Source: Acidimicrobiaceae bacterium (GTDB lineage: Bacteria; Actinomycetota; Acidimicrobiia; Acidimicrobiales; Ilumatobacteraceae). From it: a DNA stretch of 64,000 nucleotides. The position numbers and the translations under genes were made by a program. Shown here piece by piece: positions 1-9,526 of this stretch. Position 1 is the first letter of the stretch; each line of letters starts with the position of its first letter. The stretch spans positions 170,228-234,227 of the forward strand of contig JACJWF010000004.1 of NCBI GenBank assembly GCA_020637295.1. Reading direction: 5' to 3'. The notes under the pieces were generated by a model, which was given only the letters and a program-made list of their open reading frames with translations, was not told the DNA's origin and made no database searches.

Positions 1-13
1 CCCCGGCGACGCG

Positions 14-487
14 ATGTACCACCGGCTGGGTGTGGAGTGGGCGGCCCGCGGCGTGCCCGTCCTGAGGGTCAGCTACCGGAAGCCCAACGACATCGATGCC
101 TGCTGTGTGGACGTGGCCGCGGCCGCCCAGCTGGCCATCGGCGGCGCCGGCGCGGACAAGGTGGTCCTCATGGGCCACAGCTTCGGTGGCGCCGTGGCCG
201 TGCGCGTGGGTGTCGGCCTGCGCGACATGGTCGCCGGCGTCGCCACCTTCGCCACCCAGTCCGCCGGGTGCGAGGTGGCCGGTGGGCTGCAGGGCTTGCC
301 GTTCCTCCTCTTCCACGGCGAGCGCGACGAGATCCTCCCCATCGAGGCCAGCGAGATGGTCACGATGATCGCCGGGTGGGGCGAGGTCGTGCGCCTGCCC
401 GGCGACGGCCACCTCCTGGCCAAGAGCGACGACGCCATCTGGGAACGCCTGGAGGAGTGGCTGCCGCCTCTCGTGCAGGCGCCGTAG
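14..487 (+). CDS. alpha/beta hydrolase (dienelactone-hydrolase-like), probably 5'-truncated by the window edge
   Basis: Nucleophile elbow GHSFGG and a C-terminal GDGH. The frame stays open back to base 2, so the true start may lie upstream of the window. Confidence 0.6.
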   Translation: MYHRLGVEWAARGVPVLRVSYRKPNDIDACCVDVAAAAQLAIGGAGADKVVLMGHSFGGAVAVRVGVGLRDMVAGVATFATQSAGCEVAGGLQGLPFLLFHGERDEILPIEASEMVTMIAGWGEVVRLPGDGHLLAKSDDAIWERLEEWLPPLVQAP

Positions 488-524
488 TCGCCAGCCGGCT
501 CGGCTCGGCCCGAGGGTGGGCGGC

Positions 525-2654
525 TCAGTGCTTGGGCAGGCTCTGCTTGGCTTTGTCCACCAGGTGCGACGGCAGCACGTCGTAGTGGTCGTGCTGCATG
601 GTGAACGTGCCTCGCCCACCGGTCATCGAGCGCAGGTCGATGGCGTAGCGGGACAACTCCGCCGTGGGCACAAGGGCGGACACCACCTGCTCGCCGTGCT
701 CGTTGGTGGTGCTGCCCTGGACCCGCCCGCGGCGCGTGGTGATGTCGCCCATGATGTCGCCCTGGAGCGACGACGGCACGGTGACCTCCAGCAGCGAGAC
801 GGGCTCCAGCACCACCACGCCGGCGGCCGCCATGGCGTCCTTGAAGCCCAGTGAGGAGGCCGTCTTGAAGGCCATGTCGCTGGAGTCCACCGAGTGGTAC
901 TTGCCGTCGTAGCACTCGACGGTGACGTCCACCACGGGGAAGCCATGCACCCCACCCTTGGACATGGTGTCCTCGACGCCGGCCTGCACGGCGGGGATGT
1001 AGTTGCGCGGGATGGTGCCACCGACGATGGCGTCGACGAACTGGAAGCCCGCACCGCGGTCCAGCGGGGCGACCCGCAGGTTGACGACCGCGAACTGGCC
1101 GTGGCCACCGCTCTGCTTCTTCACCTTGCCCTCGGCCTCCGCCCGCCCGCCGACGGTCTCCCGGTAGGGCACGCGCAACTCGGCGGTGTCCACGTTGACG
1201 CCGAACTTGCGGGCCAGCCGCTCGATCGCCACGGCGATGTGGGTGTCGCCCAGGCCGCGCAGCACCGTCTGGCCGGTTTCCTCCACGCGGTCGACGTACA
1301 GCGAGGGGTCCTCGGCCTGCAAGCGACCCAGCGCGTTGCCCAGCTTGTCGTCGTCGGCCTGGGTGTGCGGCACGATGGCCACGCCGTACTGGGGTGTGCG
1401 GCGGGTCGGCGCCGGCACCTTCACGGGCGTGCCCTTCGGGGCCAGCGTGTCCGCAGTGTGCGTGTTGCCGAGCTTGGCGACGGCGGCGATGTCGCCGGCC
1501 ACCACCGCCGACGCGGCGGATTGCTCCTTGCCGCGCAGCTCGAACATCGCGTGCATGCGCTCCTCGACCCCACTCGTGCTGTTGACCAGCTTGTCGTCGG
1601 TGCGGATCGTGCCGGACAGGACCTTGAACAGGCTGAGCTGGCCGATGTACGGGTCGGCCAGGGTCTTGAACACGTAGGCCAGCGGCGCGCCGGTGGCATC
1701 CGCCGTCACATCGCTGAGCTCACCGGCGGCCTCCACCATCGCCGGCCGGTCCGCCGGGGACGGCCCCAGCTCGCAGATGAAGTCCGCCAGGCGATCCACC
1801 CCCACGCCGGTCTGGGCGGAGCCCAGCAGCACCGGGAACTCCACGCCGTCCAGCACCTCGTGTGCCAGGGTGCGCTCGAGGTCGGCCACCGTGGGCACCT
1901 CGCCGGACAGGTAGCGCTCCAGCTGGTCGTCGTCGCCGCTGACAATCTCCTCCACCACGGCGTCGTGCAGGGTGTGCTCCTCGTCGGCGACGTCGGCCGG
2001 CATGGGCTCGGTGTGGTGGCCGCCGTCGGCCTCGTACTCCAAGGCCTCCTCGCTGAGCACGTCGGCGATCCCGTGCAGGGTGGCGGCTTCACCGAGGGGC
2101 AACTCCAGCGGGGCGATGCCGCTGCCGAAGGCGGCACGCAACTGCTCGACGACGGCGTGGAAGTCGGCGCGCTCCTTGTCCTCCTTGGACACGAAGAGCA
2201 TGCGCGGCAGCTTGCGGGCGGCCGCGGCCCGCCACAGCATCTCCGTGTTGGGCTCCACGCCCTCCACCGCGCTGACCACGAACACCGCCATGTCGGCTAC
2301 GGCCAGCGCCGCGTCCACCTCACCGGCGAAGTCGATGGAACCTGGCGTGTCGATGAGGTTGACCTTGTAGGTCTGCCCGTCGGAGGCCTTCCATTCGAAC
2401 GGGGCCAGCGCCAGCGAGAGGGAGATGTGCCGCTTCTGGGACTCCGGGTCGGTGTCCAGCAGGCTGGTGCCGTCGTCGACCCTTCCGGCTCGCGGGACCG
2501 CGCCGGCACGGGTGAGCAGTGCCTCGGCGAGGGTGGTCTTCCCTGCACCGGCGTGGCCCACCAGCGCCACGTTGCGGATCCGCTCGGTCGGAATACTGGT
2601 CACGGCGTACCCCCAGAGGTCAATCACGGTTGTGGCCGGAACCGTAGCCGCCAT
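525..2654 (-). CDS. Elongation factor G-like translational GTPase (EF-G paralogue)
   Basis: G1 motif GHAGAGKTT, G3 motif DTPG, and EF-G-like domains through to the C-terminus (709 aa). An alternative in-frame GTG start lies at 2603. Confidence 0.85.
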   Translation of the reverse strand: MAATVPATTVIDLWGYAVTSIPTERIRNVALVGHAGAGKTTLAEALLTRAGAVPRAGRVDDGTSLLDTDPESQKRHISLSLALAPFEWKASDGQTYKVNLIDTPGSIDFAGEVDAALAVADMAVFVVSAVEGVEPNTEMLWRAAAARKLPRMLFVSKEDKERADFHAVVEQLRAAFGSGIAPLELPLGEAATLHGIADVLSEEALEYEADGGHHTEPMPADVADEEHTLHDAVVEEIVSGDDDQLERYLSGEVPTVADLERTLAHEVLDGVEFPVLLGSAQTGVGVDRLADFICELGPSPADRPAMVEAAGELSDVTADATGAPLAYVFKTLADPYIGQLSLFKVLSGTIRTDDKLVNSTSGVEERMHAMFELRGKEQSAASAVVAGDIAAVAKLGNTHTADTLAPKGTPVKVPAPTRRTPQYGVAIVPHTQADDDKLGNALGRLQAEDPSLYVDRVEETGQTVLRGLGDTHIAVAIERLARKFGVNVDTAELRVPYRETVGGRAEAEGKVKKQSGGHGQFAVVNLRVAPLDRGAGFQFVDAIVGGTIPRNYIPAVQAGVEDTMSKGGVHGFPVVDVTVECYDGKYHSVDSSDMAFKTASSLGFKDAMAAAGVVVLEPVSLLEVTVPSSLQGDIMGDITTRRGRVQGSTTNEHGEQVVSALVPTAELSRYAIDLRSMTGGRGTFTMQHDHYDVLPSHLVDKAKQSLPKH

Positions 2655-2721
2655 CGAGCGGGACCGGGTTAGGGACCTATGGCCCGACCACCAGGGGATG
2701 GTGGCAGTTCCCGGCGGGGAG

Positions 2722-2797
2722 TGGAGCCCAGGAGGAGAATCGAACTCCTGACCTACGCATTACGAGTGCGTTGCTCTGCCGACTGAGCTACCTGGGC
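2722..2797 (-). tRNA. tRNA-Thr (anticodon CGU), CCA encoded
   Basis: Hand-folded cloverleaf: acceptor GCCCAGG/CCTGGGC, D stem GCTC/GAGC, anticodon stem ACGCA/TGCGT with loop CTCGTAA, T arm AGGAG-TTCGATT-CTCCT, discriminator T plus CCA. Confidence 0.9.
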
Positions 2798-2856
2798 GAC
2801 GGCGGGCAATGCTAGCGGCCGGGTCCAGCGCCACCCACCCGATTGGGACCTCCCGC

Positions 2857-3921
2857 TCAGGAGGGCAGGGCGGGCAGGTCCAGCAGCAGTGCCTGCAGCA
2901 GGAGGGACTCGTTGGGGTTGCGGTCCAGCGCCTCGAGGGAACGGTGCACCCGGTGCACTGCGGTGGCCGCAGCCTCCGGGCGGGGCAGGCGCCCGTCCAC
3001 CAAGGCATCCCGGTAGGTCGCCGCGATCACGGCCAGCCCACTGCGCAACTCGTCGGTGCGGTGCCGGCGCAACTCGCGCTTGTGACGCTCCTCCAGTTGC
3101 TTGCGGCCGCTGCCGCGCTCGCCGGCGGCGGCCACGCGGGCCTCGAGCGCGTCGGCCTCCTCGGCTTGGCGGGCGGCCAGCGGGGCGCCCGCGGCCTCGA
3201 TGAGCGCGTTGAGCTCGGTGCACAGGGCAACCACCGTCGCGCCGTTGCCGTCCAGGCGGGTGGGCACGGCGGCGAAGGCGGCCCGGCGCTCCATCAGGCC
3301 CGGGTCGGCGGCCAGCACACGGGCCCGGGTGAGGTTGCCCTCGCTGGCCCGGGCGGCGAGATCCGCCGTGCCTGGCTCCACCCCCTCGTGGGTGAGCGTG
3401 TCCCGAATGGCATCCACCCCGATGGACGCGAACTCGATCCGCACGCAACGCGATGCGACGGTGACGAGCTCCGGCGGCACCTGGTCGGCCAGCACGATGA
3501 ACACCGTGCTGGGGGGCGGCTCCTCGATGGTCTTCAGCAGCCGGGCGGCGGCCGTCGCGTCCAGGAGGTGGAACTCGTGGAGGATCATCACCTTGCGGCT
3601 GCCCTCCACCGGCGCCAGCGACGCGGCGCGGATGATGTCGCTGACCTGCTCCGCGGAGATCCGGGCGCCGGCGCGCTGCACCTCGCGTACGTCGGGGTGC
3701 TCGCCGGCCAGCGCCAGCCTTGCGTCGCGGGCGTCAGGGTCGTCGTGGCCGGTGAGCAGCAGCGCGGCGAACGCGCGGGCCGCCTCGTCCTTCGTGCAAC
3801 CGGGCGGGCCGACGAAGAGGAAGGCATGCACGGACGCGCCGGCGGCGCGGCCGAGGTGCTCCACGGCGCGGGCCTGGCCGATCACGCCGTCCCAGACGGA
3901 GCGGGCGTACTCGGGGAACAT
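2857..3921 (-). CDS. holB: DNA polymerase III delta-prime subunit
   Basis: Internal start MFPEYARSVWDGVIGQ...FLFVGPPGCTKDEAA within track ORF 2857..4632. ATGA start/stop overlap with tmk. The tmk-holB-tRNA-Thr order is typical of actinobacteria. Confidence 0.8.
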   Translation of the reverse strand: MFPEYARSVWDGVIGQARAVEHLGRAAGASVHAFLFVGPPGCTKDEAARAFAALLLTGHDDPDARDARLALAGEHPDVREVQRAGARISAEQVSDIIRAASLAPVEGSRKVMILHEFHLLDATAAARLLKTIEEPPPSTVFIVLADQVPPELVTVASRCVRIEFASIGVDAIRDTLTHEGVEPGTADLAARASEGNLTRARVLAADPGLMERRAAFAAVPTRLDGNGATVVALCTELNALIEAAGAPLAARQAEEADALEARVAAAGERGSGRKQLEERHKRELRRHRTDELRSGLAVIAATYRDALVDGRLPRPEAAATAVHRVHRSLEALDRNPNESLLLQALLLDLPALPS

Positions 3922-4532
3922 CAGACGTCCAGCCGATCGCGCACGGCGGCACGGATGGCAGCGAACACGTCGTTGGGGGCGAGCGCCCCGTCCACCACCA
4001 CCCAGTGGGTGGGGTCGCCCTCCGCCATCCGGCGGAACCCGTCGCGCACCCGCTCGTGGAACTCGTCGCCCTCCTGCTCGAAGCGATCGAGTTGCTGGCG
4101 GCTGCGCATCCGCTTCTCCAGCACCGCCGGCGACGCGTCGATCAGCACCACCAGGTCCGGCCAGCGGTCGCCGATGGCCCAGCGGTTGATCTCCCGCACC
4201 TCGTCCACGCTGAGGTCCCGCCCGTAGCCCTGGTAGGCGAGTGCCGAGTAGACGCTGCGGTCGCTGACCACGTGCCGCCCTGCAGCCAGCGCCGGGCGCA
4301 CCACTTCCTCGAGGTGCTGGGCGCGGTCGGCGGCGGTGAGGAGCGCCTCGGCCCGGTGGGCGAGGTGGGTGACGGTGGTGTCGTGGAGGATGGCGCGGAT
4401 CCGCTGGCCGATGGAGGTGCCGCCGGTCTCCCGCGTCAGCACGGCTCCGAGCGCGTCGGCCAGGCGCGCCGCCTGGGTGCTCTTCCCGCACCCCTCGGCG
4501 CCCTCGAGGGCGATGTACCGGCCGGCCGACAT
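3921..4532 (-). CDS. tmk: Thymidylate kinase
   Basis: MSAGRYIALEGAEGCGKSTQ P-loop, 203 aa, typical dTMP kinase length and layout. Confidence 0.9.
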   Translation of the reverse strand: MSAGRYIALEGAEGCGKSTQAARLADALGAVLTRETGGTSIGQRIRAILHDTTVTHLAHRAEALLTAADRAQHLEEVVRPALAAGRHVVSDRSVYSALAYQGYGRDLSVDEVREINRWAIGDRWPDLVVLIDASPAVLEKRMRSRQQLDRFEQEGDEFHERVRDGFRRMAEGDPTHWVVVDGALAPNDVFAAIRAAVRDRLDV

Positions 4533-4609
4533 ACTCGGCGCACCATACCCAGTCGCGGCGGCTAGTCTGTGTTTGGGACAGACGTCCCGAAATGTGAGAA
4601 CACGTCGCC

Positions 4610-5497
4610 ATGTTGTGGATCCCCATCACCATCGCTGCCGCCGGCTTCCAGACCGCCCGGACAGCCCTCCAGCACCGCCTGCGCGACGTGCTGAACCCCA
4701 GCGCGGCCGGCTTCGTCCGTTACGTGTACGGCGCGCCCATCGCGCTGCTGGCCGTGGCTGCCGCCTGGGTGGCCGGGGTGTCCATGCCGTCCGTCGCCGC
4801 CCGGTTCTGGCCGGCCATCATCGCCGGCGGCGTCGCCCAGATCCTCGGCACCGTCGCCCTGCTGCGTGCCTTCGCCCACCGCGACTTCGCCGTCGGCACC
4901 GTGTTCGCCAAGACCGAGGTCGTCCAGGTCGCGGTCTTCTCGCTGGCGGTGCTCGGCGAGCCGCTGCGGTTCGGCGGCTGGCTGGGGGCCGCGGTGTGCA
5001 CCGTCGGCGTGGTGCTGCTGGCGGCACACGGGCAGCGGCTGACCTGGTCGGCCGTCCGCCAGCCGGCAGCCCTGTACGGGCTGGCTGCCGGCGGCCTCTT
5101 CGGGCTGGCCGCCATCGGCATCCGGGGCGCCACCAAGGCGCTCGACGGGGGTCCGGTGGTCTTCAAGGCGCTGGTCACCCTGGCCGTGATGAACAGCGCG
5201 CAGACGGTCATCCACGGTGGATGGCTGGCGTGGCGCGACCGGGCCCAGCTGGGGCGGACGTTCACCCACTGGCGACGGACCCTCCCCGTCGGCGTGTTGA
5301 GCGTGTGCGGCTCCGCCGGGTGGGCGTGGGCGCTGGCGCTGGAGAACGCGGCCAAGGTCCGCACGCTCGGGCAGGTGGAATTGCTGATCACGTTCACGGT
5401 GTCGCACCGCCTGCTCGGCGAACGCCACGAGCGGGGGGAGATGGCCGCCAGCGCGCTCGTTCTTGCCGGAGTCCTGGCCGTGGTGCTGTTGGGTTGA
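4610..5497 (+). CDS. DMT/EamA-family membrane transporter
   Basis: 295 aa with about 10 hydrophobic segments in a two-fold EamA-like arrangement. Confidence 0.6.
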   Translation: MLWIPITIAAAGFQTARTALQHRLRDVLNPSAAGFVRYVYGAPIALLAVAAAWVAGVSMPSVAARFWPAIIAGGVAQILGTVALLRAFAHRDFAVGTVFAKTEVVQVAVFSLAVLGEPLRFGGWLGAAVCTVGVVLLAAHGQRLTWSAVRQPAALYGLAAGGLFGLAAIGIRGATKALDGGPVVFKALVTLAVMNSAQTVIHGGWLAWRDRAQLGRTFTHWRRTLPVGVLSVCGSAGWAWALALENAAKVRTLGQVELLITFTVSHRLLGERHERGEMAASALVLAGVLAVVLLG

Positions 5498-5516
5498 GCG
5501 TGACAGGATCGGCCAC

Positions 5517-6131
5517 ATGGGCCTCTACCGCGAGCACGTACTGCCCCGGCTGATCGACCGGGCGTGCGGGACGGGCGAGTTGCGCCAGTGGCGGCGACGG
5601 GTGGCCGAGGGGCTGGCGGGCACCGTGGTGGAGATCGGCTTCGGCTCCGGGCTGAACATGGAGGCCTACCCACCGGAGGTGGAACTGGTCTACGCCGTGG
5701 AGCCGGCGGAGGTCGCCCGCCGCCTGGCGGCCAAGCGGATCGACGCCGCGGCGGCCCGGGTGGAGCACGTCGGCCTGCGTGGCGAGGAGATCCCGCTGCC
5801 GGACGCGTCGTGCGACGGGGCGCTGTCCACGTTCACCCTGTGCACGATCCCGGACGTGGAGCAGGCGCTGGCGGAGGTCCGCCGCGTGCTGAAGCCCGGC
5901 GGCCGGTTGCACTTCCTGGAGCACGGGCGCTCGCCCGACCACCGCATCGCCCGGTGGCAGGACCGGCTGGAGCCGATGCAGAAGCGGCTGGCCGACGGCT
6001 GCCACCTCACCCGCCTGCCCGCCGACCTCGTGGCGGCTGCCGGCTTCGAGCTGGAGCGGGTGGAGTCGCGCTATGCCCGCGGCCCCAAGCCGTGGTCGTG
6101 GTTCACCGAAGGGGTGGCCCGCCGCCGCTGA
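5517..6131 (+). CDS. Class I SAM-dependent methyltransferase
   Basis: ATG at 5517 (MGLYREHV). Motif I VVEIGFGSGLN and post-I LKPGGRLHFLEH. Confidence 0.75.
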   Translation: MGLYREHVLPRLIDRACGTGELRQWRRRVAEGLAGTVVEIGFGSGLNMEAYPPEVELVYAVEPAEVARRLAAKRIDAAAARVEHVGLRGEEIPLPDASCDGALSTFTLCTIPDVEQALAEVRRVLKPGGRLHFLEHGRSPDHRIARWQDRLEPMQKRLADGCHLTRLPADLVAAAGFELERVESRYARGPKPWSWFTEGVARRR

Positions 6132-6146
6132 CGCGGCCGGGCCGGC

Positions 6147-7568
6147 TCAGGCGTCGAGCACGCTCTGCTCGGGCACCAGCCCGACGTCGAAGAAGGCGAA
6201 GAACTCCTTGGTGGAGGTGTCCAGGTACTTGCGGGTGGTGCCGCGCATCCGGGTGTCGAGGAAGTGGGGTGTCAGTGAACCGTCGGGGCCGTGCTCGTAG
6301 TAGAAGAACGTCGGCCAGGTGCCGTTGATGTCCAACTGCATGGCCGTCACGCAGCCGACGTTGATCAGCGACTGGGCCAGTTGCTCGGCGTCCACGTCGC
6401 CGACCATCAGGTAGGCGAGCCGGCCGTCCGCCATGGTGCACGCCGCGGAGCGCGGCACGTACACCTCGTCGCCGTTGTCGGCACCCCACCAGACGCCTTC
6501 GCGGATGCCGCGCCGCACCTGGCTGACCCCGCCGTCGACGATCGGAATCAGGTTCTGGCGGAGGCTCACCCACGTGCCGTCGTCGACCAGGTCGCGCCCG
6601 TACACGCCGAGCACCAGCCGACCGTCGGTCGCCACGGCCAGGGTGGCATCGCCGTCGCGCATCGGCCGCAGTTCCACCCCTTCGGTCTTGTAGCCGCCCT
6701 TGAAGTGGTCGAAGCGGAAGCCGCCGTTCCATGCGGCCACCAGCGCCGGTTGCAGGTCGACGGGGATGTGGTCGCCCCGGGCCCAGGTGCCGCCCGGCTC
6801 CTCGTGGCCGTTGAACATCCCCGCCCGCAGGTGGGTCTGGTCGAAGACGGCGATCGTGGCGACCACCCCGCCGGCGTCGGGCAGGGGCCGGATGCTGGTG
6901 GCCCAGACGGCCTCCTCGCCGCCGGCCCAGCCGATGGGCACCCACTGGCCCTCACCACCGAGCGCCGGTTGGAAGAAGGGGGCGAGCGCTGCCGGTGCCT
7001 GCGGGGGTGGGGGCGGCGGCTCGGTCGTGGTCGTGGACGGGTCGGGCGCGGCCGTGGTGGTCGGCGCGGCCACGGAGGTGGTCGTCGACGCCACCGGCCG
7101 TAGCGCCAGTTCGTCCGCAGGGTCGCGGGACGGCGGGTCGTTGTAGACGACGGTCTCCAGGTAGTCGATGACCGGGCCGAACCCGTGGTTGCGCCCCCAG
7201 GTGGCCATCCGCTGGCTGACGGTGTCGCCGTTCTCCCGTCGCACGTACGAGGTGAACGACACGGCGTTCCACAGCGCCAGCGATCCGACCAGCGCGACCG
7301 CGGCGACCCAGCGCACGCCGCGGAACGTGCCCCGCCACCACTTCCAGCCGATGCCGGCCGCCAGCGCGGCGAGCCCGAAGGCCATGGCGCCGGCGCCGCC
7401 CGTGACGTGCGCCAGCCAGATCGAGGTGACGATCAGCGCGCCGGCGATGGCCAGTGACGCGACCTGCCGCACCCTGCCAGGTGGGGTCCCGCCTGCCGTT
7501 CCCATGTCGCCGCCTTCGCCGCTCGCGTGCCGGCGCCCGTCACCGTCCACGCGCGCCACATTCTGCAT
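6147..7568 (-). CDS. Membrane-anchored phosphodiester glycosidase family protein (DUF2233-like)
   Basis: N-terminal TM helices, a Pro/Thr-rich linker (TTTTEPPPPPPQAP) and a C-terminal domain with GGFRFDHFKGGY...LMVGDVDAEQLAQSLINVGCVTAMQLDINGTW. The start is uncertain (alternative M at 7505). Confidence 0.6.
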   Translation of the reverse strand: MQNVARVDGDGRRHASGEGGDMGTAGGTPPGRVRQVASLAIAGALIVTSIWLAHVTGGAGAMAFGLAALAAGIGWKWWRGTFRGVRWVAAVALVGSLALWNAVSFTSYVRRENGDTVSQRMATWGRNHGFGPVIDYLETVVYNDPPSRDPADELALRPVASTTTSVAAPTTTAAPDPSTTTTEPPPPPPQAPAALAPFFQPALGGEGQWVPIGWAGGEEAVWATSIRPLPDAGGVVATIAVFDQTHLRAGMFNGHEEPGGTWARGDHIPVDLQPALVAAWNGGFRFDHFKGGYKTEGVELRPMRDGDATLAVATDGRLVLGVYGRDLVDDGTWVSLRQNLIPIVDGGVSQVRRGIREGVWWGADNGDEVYVPRSAACTMADGRLAYLMVGDVDAEQLAQSLINVGCVTAMQLDINGTWPTFFYYEHGPDGSLTPHFLDTRMRGTTRKYLDTSTKEFFAFFDVGLVPEQSVLDA

Positions 7569-7601
7569 GGTCCCTGCGGTCGCGGTCGCACCCGCAGACT
7601 A

Positions 7602-7630
7602 TTGACAGTACTAGTGTCAGAAGTTACCGT
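7602..7630 (+). promoter_or_regulatory. Candidate promoter: -35 TTGACA (7602-7607), 17-nt spacer, -10 TACCGT (7625-7630), feeding a leaderless start at 7639. Overlaps a near-palindrome TGACAGTACTAGTGTCA (7603-7619).
   Basis: An AT-rich island in otherwise GC-rich DNA. The ATG lies 8 nt after the -10. Seven of eight palindrome positions pair. Confidence 0.35.
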
Positions 7631-7638
7631 ACGGTCCC

Positions 7639-8460
7639 ATGCGCGTCACCCTGCTCGGCACCGGTAGCCCCATCCCCGACCCGCGGCGTGCGGGGCCCTC
7701 CACACTTGTCCAGGCCGACGGCCTGAGCGTGCTGGTGGACTGTGGCCGCGGGGTCCTCATGCGGCTGGCGGGTGCCGGTGTGCTGCCGCCGATGCTGACG
7801 GCGGTGTTCCTCACCCACCTGCACTCCGACCACATCACCGACCTCGGCGACGTCATCACCACCCGCTGGGTGATGACCCCCGGCCCCAACCCGCTGAAGG
7901 TCTACGGCCCGGTCGGCACGGCCGAGGTCGTGGACGCGACGCTCGCGTCCCTGGCGCCGGACATCCGCTACCGCCTCGACCACCACGACGACCTCACCGA
8001 GGGCCCGCAGGTCGAGGCCGTGGAGGTCGGCCCGGGTGACGAGTTCGCGCTCGGCCCGGCGTCCGTGGTGGTCGGCGCCACCGACCACCGCCCGGTGGAG
8101 CCGACGGTCGCCTTCCGGATCGAGGCGGACGGCCGCAGCCTGGTGCTCGGCGGCGACGGCATCCCCTGCGCCGGCCTCGACGCGCTGTGCGCCGGTGCCG
8201 ACGCCTACGTGCAGACCGTGATCCGGGAGGACCTCGTGCGGCTGGTGCCCAACCCCCGCTTCCAGGACATCCTGGACTACCACTCCACGGTGGAGCAGGC
8301 GGCGCAGACGGCGGCCCGCGCCGGTGTCGGCACGCTGCTGCTCACCCACTACGTGCCGCCGCTGCAGCCCGGCCAGGAGGACGGCTGGCGGGCGCTCGCC
8401 GCTGCTCACTTCGGCGGAACGATCGTGCTCGGCGAGGACCTGACGGCCGTCGATCTCTGA
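7639..8460 (+). CDS. MBL-fold metallo-hydrolase (RNase Z-like)
   Basis: THLHSDHITDLGD (HxHxDH) motif, 273 aa. Confidence 0.8.
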   Translation: MRVTLLGTGSPIPDPRRAGPSTLVQADGLSVLVDCGRGVLMRLAGAGVLPPMLTAVFLTHLHSDHITDLGDVITTRWVMTPGPNPLKVYGPVGTAEVVDATLASLAPDIRYRLDHHDDLTEGPQVEAVEVGPGDEFALGPASVVVGATDHRPVEPTVAFRIEADGRSLVLGGDGIPCAGLDALCAGADAYVQTVIREDLVRLVPNPRFQDILDYHSTVEQAAQTAARAGVGTLLLTHYVPPLQPGQEDGWRALAAAHFGGTIVLGEDLTAVDL

Positions 8461-8469
8461 GCCGGCCGG

Positions 8470-8901
8470 TCAGCCGACGGTGGCACCCTCGGCGGCCCGG
8501 CGGAACCCCTCGGCCTCGGTGCGCAGGATGTTGCGCAGCCTGCGGCCCAGCAGCGCGCCCATCAGGCCGGCACCGCGCCCGCTGAGGTCGAGGCGCAGGG
8601 TGTTGCGGCAGCCCGTGTCGGTCGGGTCCACGAGGTGGGTGGCGACGGTGGTGACGCCGTAGACGGTGGCCTGCCACACGAACCGGGTCTCCGGTTCCAC
8701 GGTGGTGACCGTCCACTTGGCCGCCCGCTGCCCCGGCTGCTTGACCGTGGCGGAGCGCCCGACACGCAGCGGGCCGTCGTCCTCCCACGCCACCGAGGTG
8801 ACGGTGGGCGTGAGGTCCGGCCAGCGCACCGGATCCGTGTTCAGTGCCCACACGACCGACGGGGCCGCGGCGATGTCGATGGAGTGTTCGATCGTCCTCA
8901 T
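8470..8901 (-). CDS. SRPBCC (polyketide cyclase/dehydrase-like) family protein
   Basis: Internal start MRTIEHSIDIAAAPSVVWALNTDPVRWPDL within track ORF 8470..9606, 143 aa. Confidence 0.7.
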   Translation of the reverse strand: MRTIEHSIDIAAAPSVVWALNTDPVRWPDLTPTVTSVAWEDDGPLRVGRSATVKQPGQRAAKWTVTTVEPETRFVWQATVYGVTTVATHLVDPTDTGCRNTLRLDLSGRGAGLMGALLGRRLRNILRTEAEGFRRAAEGATVG

Positions 8902-8907
8902 GCCGTC

Positions 8908-8927
8908 ACTGTACCAAATGGTACACT
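8908..8927. promoter_or_regulatory. Near-palindromic operator ACTGTACC-AAAT-GGTACACT (perfect core TGTACC-N4-GGTACA, 8910-8925) that holds both divergent -10 boxes
   Basis: It sits in the 33-bp gap between the SRPBCC start (8901) and the TetR start (8935). TACACT (8922-8927) lies 7 nt before the TetR ATG. TACAGT on the minus strand (8908-8913) lies 6 nt before the SRPBCC ATG. Confidence 0.45.
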
Positions 8928-8934
8928 CACTGTC

Positions 8935-9465
8935 ATGGGTGATTCCCGCGACGCGTTGCTGACCCGGATCGTGGACGACGTGGCGGCCAACGGCCTGGGC
9001 GACCGCAGCTTGCGCGACCTGGCCACCGCCGTCGGCTCCAGCCACCGGATGCTGCTCTACCACTTCGGGTCCCGCGAGGGGCTGGTGGCGGCGATCGTCG
9101 AACGGGTGGAGGCCACCCAGCGGGCGCTGATGGCCGCCGACGTGCCGGCCGCGGCGACGGCGGCGGAGGTCATCCGCGGGGTGTGGTCGCGGGTCAGCGC
9201 GCCCGAGACCTTGCCGCTCGTCCGGCTGTTCTTCGAGACCGTCGCCTACGCCGGCCGCGAGGGCACCGACCTGACCTCGGCATGGCTGGACGACGCAGCC
9301 GCACTCGCCGTTGCGCTCGGCATCGCGCCGGACCCGGTGGGTACCCGCCTCGGTGTCGCGGTGATGCGCGGGCTGCTGGTGGACGTGGTGACCGGTGGCG
9401 ACGCCGACGCCGCGAGCGCAGCCCTGGAACGTTTTGTTGCACTGATCAAGGACTTCCGACCCTAA
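8935..9465 (+). CDS. TetR/AcrR-family transcriptional regulator
   Basis: N-terminal HTH GDRSLRDLATAVGSSHRMLLYHFGSREGL, 176 aa, divergent from the SRPBCC gene. Confidence 0.85.
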   Translation: MGDSRDALLTRIVDDVAANGLGDRSLRDLATAVGSSHRMLLYHFGSREGLVAAIVERVEATQRALMAADVPAAATAAEVIRGVWSRVSAPETLPLVRLFFETVAYAGREGTDLTSAWLDDAAALAVALGIAPDPVGTRLGVAVMRGLLVDVVTGGDADAASAALERFVALIKDFRP

Positions 9466-9526
9466 AGCGGGGGGACCTCCTGCGCGACAGTCGCGTCCAC
9501 GTTCCGATGACCAGGGGGACATCACC

